A DNA stretch of 64,000 nt from Azolla caroliniana (taxonomy: Eukaryota > Plantae > Polypodiophyta): NCBI GenBank assembly GCA_043228905.1, contig JBHGNT010000009.1, forward strand, positions 15,128,001 to 15,192,000, in the 5' to 3' direction. The notes under the pieces were generated by a model. The model did not search any database and had not been told where the DNA came from. It saw only the letters and a list, made by a program, of their open reading frames with translations. Both the position numbers and the translations under genes were made by a program. Each line of letters begins with the position of its first letter. Position 1 is the stretch's first letter. Below are positions 47,985-57,953 of this stretch, in pieces.

Positions 47985-50372
47985 TACATTCAGCCATCTT
48001 GCTTGTGTGTGTTTGTGTCTTCCTTGTACATTCGGTCGTCTTGTGACGAGGGAGCGTTTCAGGTGTGCCCATGCACCTCTCCTCCTCATAAAGACGTACA
48101 AGCATTTGTATGTGTGCTTGTGTCTTCCTTGTACGTTCGGTCGTCTTGTGATGAGGAGCGTTTCGGGCGTGCCCATGCACCTCTCCTCCTCATAATGACG
48201 TACGAGCATTTTGTGTGTGTGTTTGTGTCTTCCTTGTACGTTCGGCCATCTTGTGACGAGGAAGCGTTTCAGGCATGCCCATGCACCGCTCCTCCTCATA
48301 AAGACGTACGAGCATTTATGCGCATGTTTGTGTCTTCCTTGTACGTTCGGCCATCTTGTGACGAGGGAGCGTTTTGGGCGTGCCCATGCACCTCTCCTCA
48401 TAAAGAAGTACGAGCGTTTGTGCATGTGTTTGTGTCTTCCTTGTACATTTGACAGTCTTGTGACGAGGGAGCATTTCAAGAGTGCCCATGCACCTCTCCT
48501 CCTCATAAAGGTGTACGAGCATTTTGTGCATGTTTTTGTGTCTTCCTTGTACGTTCAGCCGTCTTGTGACGAGGGACCGTTACGGACGTGCCCATGCACC
48601 TCTCCTCCTCATAAAGATGTACGAGCATTTGTTCGTGTGTTTTTGTCTTCCTTGTACTTTCAACCGTCTTATGACGAGGGAGCGTTTTGGGCGTGCCCAT
48701 CCACCTCTCCTCATAAAGAAGTACGAGCGTTTGTGTGTGTATTTGTGTCTTCCTTGTACATTTGACCGTCTAGTGACGAGGGAGCATTTCGGGCATGCCC
48801 ATGCACCTCTGAAGGTGTACGAGCATTTTGTGCATGTGTTTGTGTCTTCCTTGTATGTTCGGCCGTCTTGTGACAAGGGAGCGTTACGGGCGTGCCCATG
48901 CACCTCTCCTCCTCATAAAGGCAGACGAGCATTTGTGCGTGTGTTTGTGTCTTCCTTGTACGTTCAACTGTCCTATGACGAGGAAGCGTTTCGAGCCTGC
49001 CCATGCACCTCTCCTCCTCATAAAGGCACATGAGCATTTTGTGTGTGTGTATGTGTTTTCCTTGTACGTTTGGCCGTCTTGTGACGAAGGAGTGTTTCGG
49101 GCGTGACCATGCACCTCTCCTCCTCATAAAGGTGTACGGCATTCTTGCATGTGTTTGTGCCTTCCTTGTATGTTCGGTCGTCTTGTGACGAGGGAGCATT
49201 TTGGACGTGCCCATGCACCTCTCCTCCTCATAAAGGCGTATGAGCATTTTGTGTGTGTGTTTGTGTCTTCCTTGTACGTTCGGCCGCCTTGTGAAGAGGG
49301 AGCGTTTCGGGCATACCCATGCACCTCTCCTCCTCATAAAGGCTTACGAGCATCTGTGCGTGTGTTTGTGTCTTCCTTGTACGTTCAGTCGTCTTGTGAC
49401 GAGGGAACGTTTCAGGCATGCCCATGCACCTCTCCTCCTCATAAAGGCGTACGAGCATTTGTGTGTGTGTTTCTGTCTTCCTTGTACGTTCGACCGTCTT
49501 ATGACGAGGGAGCGTTTTGGGCGTACCCATGCACCTTTCCTCATAAAGACGTACGAGCATTTGTGCCTGTGTTTGTGTCTTCCTTGTACATTTGACCGTC
49601 TTGTGACAAGGGACCGTTTCAGGCATGCCCATGCAGCTATCAAGGCGTACAAGCATTTTGTGCATGTGTTTGTGTTTTCCTTATACGTTAGGCCGTCTTG
49701 TGACGAGGGAGCGTTTCGGGCATGCCCATGCACCTCTCCTCCTCATAAAGACGTACGAGCATTTGTGTGTGTTTGTGTCTTCCTTGTACATTCGACCGTC
49801 TTGTGACGAGGGAGCATTTTAGGCATGCCCATGCACCTCTGCTCCTCATAAGGCATATGAGCATTTTGTGCGCGTGTTTGTGTTTTCCTTGTACGTTCAG
49901 CCGTCTTGTGACGAGGGAGTGTTTTGGGCATGCCCCTGCACATCTCCTCCTCATAAAGACGTACGAGCATTTGTGCGTGTGTTTGTGTCTTCCTTGTACG
50001 TTCGACCGTCTTGTGACGAGGGAGTGTTTCGGTCATGCCCATGCACCTCTCCTCCTGAAAAAGACGTAGGAGCATTTTGTGCGTGTGTTTGTGTCTTCCT
50101 TGTACGTTCGGTCATCTTGTGACGAGGGAGCGTTTTGGGCGTGCTCCTCCTCATAAAGAAGTACGAGCATTTGTGTGTGTGTTTGTGTATTCCTTGTACG
50201 TTCGGTTGTCTTGTGACGAGATGTCATTCAAGCTCGCCCATGCACCTCTCCTTCTCATAAAGGCATACGAGCATTTGTGCGTGTGTTTTCGGTCTTTCTT
50301 GTACGTTCAACATCTTTTGACAAGGGAGCATTCGGGCGTGTCCACTCACCTCTCCTCCTCATAAAGACATAC
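47985..50372. repeat. ~105-bp tandem satellite, about 22-23 units, inside the 5' LTR of K
   Basis: Unit GTGTTTGTGTCTTCCTTGTACGTTCGGCCGTCTTGTGACGAGGGAGCGTTTCGGGCGTGCCCATGCACCTCTCCTCCTCATAAAGACGTACGAGCATTTGTGCGT; the ORF track shows a 35-aa periodicity. Confidence 0.95.
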
Positions 50373-50708
50373 GGGCATTCGTGTCTCTGTTATCGTCCCC
50401 TTGTGTGTTCATCTTGCGTACTCATCTTTGCTTGTACCCGTTTGATCACTTTGCTCATGCGGTGATCTCGAAAACTCGACTAGTCGTGATCAACAAAAGC
50501 CACTGGCCTCACAAAAGGCGCAACGAGCCCTTGCTCGGGAAGGGATCAGGAAGTAGTATTGTCGTAAAGCAAACCTCAGGTCTTCTCTATCACTGCAGTA
50601 CTCCCTAGTCCAAGACCCTTGTGGTCCCGCCCAAGTAACACACACGCGCGAAACATCGCGACATAAATTGGTGAACCCGACATCAAAGGACGGCAAGGGA
50701 GATCCAAG

Positions 50709-52852
50709 ATGCGAGGAGGAGAACTCGCTGAAGCGATGGCGGCAGCGGTGGACTGCTTGGTAAATGCTCAAGAAGGCATCACCGGCCTAGACCGGGCCAT
50801 AGAGACATGGTCAGCACAACGGTTTAATGGAAGAGATACCACAAGCTACTTGGATGCCTATAAGGCCGAAATGCTTATGCGAAACGTCCCCGAAGATATG
50901 CGGCTAGCCGGATTCACTAGAGTGGTAACACCGAGTATCCACACAGAGGTACTCGAGATACAAGTAGACCCTTGCAATTGGGAGGGGTTCAAAGAAAAAC
51001 TCCTTGAGAAGTACGGCCTTGATGACTCACTCAGAATTTTGAAAAGGGATCTAATGGAGTGGGTTGAGCTTCCCAGCAAGGCGAGAAATACTATGGCACT
51101 TCTACAAGAATTTGAGAAGCGCTTCGTGCGACTCTCGGCTCTTGATAGGACGGTGCTTTACACAAGCAAGGTCCTACTATTCATAAAATTTGTTGATGCA
51201 CAAGACCGAGAGAAGGTGGGGCTCCCCCTCGAAACTGATGATGGGCTCACGACGGATTGGGCTATGGTAAAACGGGTTTGTAGTCGCTTCGATAAGAGAA
51301 GGGAATGGAACCATGGGTCTCCTTTGAGCGGCAAACATCCACATGCTCCATTAGTCAAACACACGAACCCAGGGGTGGTAGAGCACCTCAAGAAAGAGAG
51401 CAAACAAATGCAAGGTTCGTCCTCGAGAGAAACGTGGTTGAAGCACCGTCTGGAGGGTTGGCAATAGACGAGCTCACAAAGATGGTGTGAGATCTCCAAA
51501 TAGCGCAAGTTAGGAGAGAGAGTGGTGGCCCTCAAGATCGATGTCCCCCATTCGCGCAAAGATGTATGTGGTGCGACAATCCCGACCACCTATGAAGGGA
51601 GTGTGGAGACTTTCAAGAGGCCCTAAGAAGGGATATTGTCTATCTTTGGAACAATAGGGTCTATTCGACGGAGACAAGGCGCCCCTTGGAATTGAATCAA
51701 GGCCGAGGGGGCATGAGAAGGCTAATGGAGGAGGCCGAATCACGACATATTGAAGTCGTCCACTACTCGGCGTCGGTTGGGATCCGAGTGGGAAAAGAGG
51801 TGAGGAGGCAAGAGGAGAAAGAGTTTGACTTTTGGCCATCAATACTTGGAAGCCTCTCTAGGGGAAAGTTCAAAAGAGAAGAAGCGGACAAAGCGGAAAG
51901 AAGGGTCCAAGAAGAAACCGGGTGGAAGGATCCGGTGGAAGAAAAGACTGGCTTAGTGGAAGCCGCTTGCCAAAACTACGAAGTAATGGTAGAAGAGAAG
52001 AAGGTAGGAAATGATGTGGAAGCCGGTCCATCAAGGAAATACGACGCTTGAGGTGCACTAAGAAGGGAAGAGCCGAACCAGTCTCAAGCACGTGACGAAA
52101 GATGGAAAGAGAAGGGGAACCCCCCCAACTTCAAGATTTGCTCGAAGATCGAACAAGCAACGGACTTGAAGAAGGTAGTGGAGGAAAGGATCCTCAATAG
52201 TCACGTAGAGTTTACTCTACGAGAGGTCCTCGGAATTGCCAAGAAAGAATTACATCAGGTCATCATCGACCTAATGAAGAGGAAGCGGCTCTCGACGGAG
52301 CAAGAAGTGGAAAATCCCACGATTGTAAATGCATTGTGAACTGAGGTGCCCAAGGAAGACAAAGACTATGTGGATAGTCACTACACGAGGCCGCATTGGG
52401 CGAGAGTGACAACGGAGACACCGGTGCGGGTCGGAGATGTAAATGAGCCGGTTGTAGCCTTGATCGACCATGGCTCTAAGGTTAACCTTATGTCCATGGA
52501 CTTTTATAAAAAGGGAAACTAGCCGATCAACACGAAGCACGGGTGGAAGATTAGAGCGGCGACCCGAGCAACCGAGGAGCTATACAGGGCTTGCTCGAAT
52601 GTACGGGTGAAGGTGGGGGACGTAGAAATAGATCAACATTTTTGTGTTCAAGAGACGTCCTCACACCCGGTCATCTTGGGTGAACCATACATCATGGTGG
52701 CTCACATGGAGATGAAGGTGCTAGACAACGGGTCGGCATATGCGACAGTCAAGAGCCAAGATGGGAAGCATTCGGTCCAATTCCTTACGGTGAGGCCCAA
52801 CCATGAGCGCAATCGAGCCTCCCTCAAAGGGGAGAGCCGAGAGGATTTTTGA
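50709..52852 (+). pseudogene. gag: gag-protease of K (frameshifted)
   Basis: MRGGELAEAMAAAVD...; CMWCD knuckle; LIDHGS protease motif; ends QFLTVRPNHERN...EDF*. Colinear with element A. Confidence 0.9.
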
Positions 52853-52905
52853 TGCAAGCTATTAAAGAGTGGGGCCGCAATAGCCCGAGGCAAACTAAGA
52901 CCCTA
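52843..52905 (+). promoter_or_regulatory. Putative -1 frameshift signal of K
   Basis: G GAT TTT TGA, with pol open in the -1 frame from 52849 and a stem GCTATT (52858-52863)/AATAGC (52879-52884). Confidence 0.75.
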
Positions 52906-54096
52906 AACCCTTGCAAAACTATTAAATGTAATAGGAAACAATTTTGGTTCTCCGAAAATGGAGCTTGTAAAATTACTAGTTTAAGTGATAGAGATAAGCC
53001 TAGGGCCAAGAGATACAAAAGGTATCTCAAACAATGTAATTTATTGGGGGAAGATGACACCATAAGCGGCGCCATGGAGGCAGTCTCGTTCGACGACACT
53101 CTCAGAGAGATGGAGAGGATAGTCGTTTCGGGCATCAATGAAGACAAGGTAATTCTAGTCAACTCAGTTGACATGTACACCGTCATCGAAGAGCTTGGGC
53201 GGTTGATTGAGGAAGCGAGGATGGTCAAGGTGCAAACAAAGTACAAAACCGTGGACAGGAAGGTGAAGCATGTGGCTTCCCCATTGCCTAACAATAATTG
53301 GGATCGGATAAAGGGGGTAGCGGTTGATCCTAGCTTGCGGGACCCACGAGGCATAGGGCACTGAATCACCAACGAGACGCGACAAAAGCTCCGGAATGGT
53401 GGGGGTGGCTTCCTATTGCCTAGGGAGGAGGAAATATTTAGAAGGATGATAGAAAGACACAAAAGGGCTTTCGCCTTCTCGTCGGGTGAGATAGGGTGCG
53501 TAAACCCTAAGATCATGGAGCCAACGGTGATCTTTACGGTACCGCTTGTACCATGGAACATCAAAGCAATCCCGGTTTCGAGAGCTCACATCCCGAAGTT
53601 GATTGAGCTACTCAAGGAAAAGATCAAGATGGGTATCCTCGAGCCATCAAACGCCCCATACTCGAATCGGTGGTTCATTATGCCAAAGAAGAACGGCACC
53701 TTACCCTTCATCCAGGACCTACAACCTGTTAATTAAGTGACAATTCGAAATGTAGGGGTCGGGCCGAGCGTTGACAAATTCACCGAGGCCTTCGCTGGAA
53801 GGTCTATTTATTCGATCGGTGATCTATACTCGGGGTATGATCAATTCTAACTAGTTGTGGAATGTAGGGACATCACGACGATGCGGACCCCTATCAGCCT
53901 AGTAGGAATGTGTACCTTGCCACAAGAAGGCACTAACTCTATAGAACACATGGTAAATGCAATGAACAAGGTATTGAGAGATTGCATCCCCGACATCACC
54001 ATGCCATTCCTCGATGACATCCCCATAAAAGGGTGCTCTGAAGCAGAGAAAGATGAAACCTTGGACGAGGATGACTGTAGACGTTTTGTGGCATAT
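52849..54096 (+). pseudogene. pol: pol of K (N-terminal RT only)
   Basis: PYSNRWF, DLYSGYD, LPQ and PFLDD motifs, then the sequence jumps into the 3' LTR. Confidence 0.9.
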
Positions 54097-54630
54097 CTCA
54101 TACCCCTTCATGCCCTCATCACCACATGCTCATCTTCTTCGCGTTGGCACTCGAAGTTCTCATTTACGGTGCTCGTGAACCCGAGCTTCGTTGGTTCAAC
54201 GTTGCTTCGCCTCGTTCTTCATTACGAGCCCGTGTGCTCGCCGTTCAGGTGGTCGTGGTTCATTGGGGTTGGTATTTCTGTGGTGCTTGTGTGTTCGTCT
54301 TTGTCGTGTTCGTGCTCCGTGTTCGGATTTGCTCTTGTCTCTAAGGGCATTTAGTATTTATGTTTTGTTGAGCTTGTGGTTAACTAGAAGTTGCACATTG
54401 TAATCGAGCCCTATTTTATAAAGGGCCCTCTTGCATTGGAATTAAACACGTATTTATTTCTTTAGCCAATATCATTCGTGTTTTTCTTTCTTTCTTTCTT
54501 TCTTTGTTCTCGTCCACTTGTACGTTCGGCCGTCTTGTGACAAGGGAGTGTTTCAAGCGTGCCCATGCACCTCTCCTCCTCATAAAGGCGTACGAGCATT
54601 TGTGTGTGTGCTTGTGTCTTCCTTGTACGT

Positions 54631-55427
54631 TGTCGTAGTGTGAATCACACACTACGTGAAATATGTAAAATACTATATCCGATTTAAAGTACGTATTATA
54701 AATAAAATAAAACATTAAAAATATTTATTACGTGCATAAGGCAAGATTTGAACCCTATACCTCCACATAGACAAACCCCAACCTTACTATTGTACTAACT
54801 TATCCTAATATGTATAAGACCTTTATTTACTCCTATCTTTATTAAAAGGTAAGTCATGCATTTTTTTTAGAATGCGTGAATACTTTATTTATAAGAAAAA
54901 TGTACACCAATAAAAAATGACTTGTGCACATCTAACGAGCATGAGCACTATATTTAGGAAATAAAAGCATAGTGTAAAAAGGCAACTCATGCACATTTAG
55001 TGTGCATGAACACTTTAGAAAAAGCATGAAGCTATGCTTAGCCTCTTCCATCCTTATATAAAGAGGAGATAAAGATGTATGGGAGGTTGTTGCTTATTTT
55101 TACAAGGGTGGATTGATATAATATAATCGTGGGATTCACGAATTTGCTAACTATTTTTTTCTCTCTTAATCTGAGTACTCACTAATACACTATACTCGTG
55201 GGATTCACGAGTTTTTCATATCTTTCTTTCTTACAACATATTTCATATTCATCATTGCCTTAGAATTTCCTTTTCTCCTAGTCCAAAACCTCAATGGTTC
55301 TCGCCCGACTCACGCAACGATCCGGCGCCGAAAGGCACGACACAAGTGAATTTCCTTTTCTCCTAGTCCAAAACCTCAATGGTTCCTGCCCGACTCACGC
55401 AACAATCCAGCGCCGAAAGGCACAACA
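54631..55427 (+). mobile_element. AT-rich gypsy-type solo LTR
   Basis: TGTCGT...ACAACA ends and 4-bp TSD ACGT (54627-54630 and 55428-55431). The U5 motif CTAGTCCAAAACC...TGGT resembles elements A, B, C and K. The last ~85 bp is duplicated. Confidence 0.85.
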
Positions 55428-55600
55428 ACGTTTGGTCGTCTTGTGACAAGGGAGCGTTTCAAGCGTGCCGATGCACGTCTCCTCCTCATAAAGGCGTACG
55501 AGCATTTTGTGCATGTGTTTGTGTCTTCCTTGTACTTTCGGCCGTCTTGTGACGAGGACGCGTTTCGGGCGTGCCCATGCACCTCTCCTTCTCATAAAGA

Positions 55601-56107
55601 TGTACCCAGTTCGCGGAGAGGCCCCCACCGCCCAAACACAACCTAGACACTAACCCGTCCGTCCCTTTAAAATATAAATATAAATATCGTTATCCCTCCA
55701 AACACCTCATACTACTTTCAATTATAATAATTATAACTAATCAAAACAAGTCATTCATATCAATCAATAAATACACTAATCATCGGTCGTATTGTTGTGT
55801 AGACAAGGGCTAGGGAGTGTAAGAATTGGTGCACTGTCATACGGTGATACTAATCTTCGTCCTATCAGGTTATAATCGATGGCGTCCACTGCATTCACCA
55901 AGCTCCTCCACGCGCACTACCCCGACGTCGGTTGTGGCTCCTTGGTAATTCAAGCCGAGTTCAACAACACTCGTTGTACCTACCGGGCCTCAAGTTCTTC
56001 CTCAAGATTGTCCTTTGGGGTGTACTTCCTGAGTTGGTCAGCCGGTTCCTCACAAGATACAACCCCGATACCAGCCACATTCGCATGCACGCCTTCGCAA
56101 ACGCTAC
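55601..56107. other. Unidentified ~500-bp insert in the satellite
   Basis: Interrupts a satellite unit, with no TSD and no match elsewhere in the window. Confidence 0.55.
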
Positions 56108-56585
56108 GGGTGTGTTTGGGTCTTCCTAGTACGTTCGACCGTCTAGTGATGAGGGAGCGTTTCGGGCGTGCCCATGCACCTCTACTCCTCATAAAGGCGT
56201 ACGAGCATTTTGTGCATGTGTTTGTGTCTTCCTTATATGTTCGCCCGTCTTGTGACGAGGGAGTGTTTCGGGTGTGCCCATGTACCTCTCGTCCTCATAA
56301 AGACGTACGAGCATTTTGTTCATGTGTTTGTGTCTTCCTTGTACATTCCATCGTCGTGTGACGAGGGAGCATTTTAGGCGTGACCTTGAACCTCTCCTCC
56401 TCATAAAGGTGTACGAGCATTTTGCGCATGTGTTTGTGTCTTCCTTGTACATTCAGTTGTCTTGTGACGAGGGAGCGTTTCGGGTGTGCCCATGCACCTC
56501 TCCTCCTCATAAAGACGTACTAGCATTTGTGCATGTGTTTGTGTCTTCCTTGTATGTTCGACCGTCTTGTGACGAGGGAGCATTT

Positions 56586-57302
56586 TGACGGAACTCAAGG
56601 CTCCTTATGTTCAACGCTCGGCCACAACCGAGATTCTTTTCATACACAGAAAACGAGAAATAAAACGCGACACAAAGGAGAGGGAGATACACAGGAGGTT
56701 TACGTGGAAAACCCAAAGAGGGAAAAACCACGACAGCCCACAGGCTGCAAACTGTCACTATGTGAGAATGTACAATAGTGAGTTCACTGAGGCAACGACC
56801 TCGTGCTCACAGATCTTTGCCACAAGCGGCGGTTACAACAGAGGCAACGACCTCTTTCTCTCTCTCTCTCTTTGAAAACTATTACGTGCTCTCTCTTCTT
56901 CTTGCACCAACAAGGGAAAAAAATGACAACAACAGTTACTAAAAGTTTGCCCTAAGTCATATTTATACTAATATGACTTTTCGGCTATTTACAAATGTAG
57001 CCTCAATGGGCTCTCAGAAAACATATTTACGAATATGTCTCTTCATCCGGTTCTCACCGGGTCTGTACCATCCGGCTCTCCGTAGCCGGGTATTCCTCAT
57101 CCGGTCTTCACCGGGTCTGTATCATCCGGCTCTCCGTAGCCGGGTACTCCTCATCCGGTTCATACCGGGCCTGCACCATCCGGCTCTCCGTAGCCGGGTA
57201 CTCCTCATCCAGTTCATACCGGGCCTGCACCATCCGGCTCTCCGTAGCCGGGTCCTCCTCATACGGTTTCCCTTCCCATCCGGAGGGACCTGTCTCCCAA
57301 CA
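56586..57302 (-). mobile_element. Solo LTR of the copia J family with a 54-bp repeat x4 (57047-57262)
   Basis: TGACGG...CCCAACA ends and perfect TSD CATTT (56581-56585 and 57303-57307). Confidence 0.95.
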
Positions 57303-57953
57303 CATTTTGGGCATGCCCATGCACCTCTTCTCCTCATAAAGACGTATGAGCATTTTTTGCATGTGTTTGTGTCTTCCTTGTGCGTTCGGCCATCTTGTGA
57401 CGAGGGAGTGTTTCGGGCGTGCCCATGGACCTCTCCTCCTCATAAAGACATACGAGCATTTGTGCGTGTGTTTGTGTATTCCTTGTACGTTCAGTCGTCT
57501 TGTGACAAGACGTCGTTCGGGCAATGCCCATGCACCTCTCCTCCTCATAAAGGTGTACGAGCATTTGTGCCTGTGTTTTGTGTTTTCCTTGTACGTTCGA
57601 TGTCTTGTGACAAGGGAGAGTTCGGGCGTGCCCATGCACCTCTATTCCTCATAAAGACGTATGGGCATTCGTGTTTGTGTTATCATCCCCTTGTGCGTTC
57701 ATCTTGCTTTCTCATCTTTGCTTGTACCCATTTGATCACTTGGCTCGTGTGGTGATCTCGAAAACTCGACTAGTCATGATCAACGAAAGCCACCGGCCTC
57801 ACAAAAAGGGCAACGAGCCCTTGCTCGGAAAGGGGTCGGGAAGTAGTATTGTCATAAAGCAAACCTCGGGTCTTCTCTATCCCTTGAGTACTCCCTAGTC
57901 CAAGACCCCCGCGGTCCCACCCAAGTAACACGCGCGCGCGAAACTTCGTGAGA

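Larger units (their letters stand above)
54515..57665. repeat. 105-bp satellite of the 3' LTR of K (about 11 units), split by three insertions
   Basis: Units at about 54515-54630, 55428-55600, 56108-56585 and 57303-57665. Confidence 0.9.
47395..57953 (+). mobile_element. Ty3/gypsy element K with satellite-bearing giant LTRs (RT C-terminus to INT deleted)
   Basis: 5' LTR about 47395-50663 (start uncertain), Trp PBS TGGTGAACCCGAC at 50669, gag-PR, partial RT, and 3' LTR about 54097-57953 sharing the unique pre- and post-satellite blocks. Confidence 0.88.

Noticed and set aside
47854-50364. Many Cys/His-rich ORFs with 35-aa periodicity
   Set aside because: These are translations of the 105-bp satellite, with frequent frame changes between units.
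47985-50372. CRISPR-like array
   Set aside because: The units are contiguous tandem copies with no unique spacers, there are no cas genes, and the context is eukaryotic TE.
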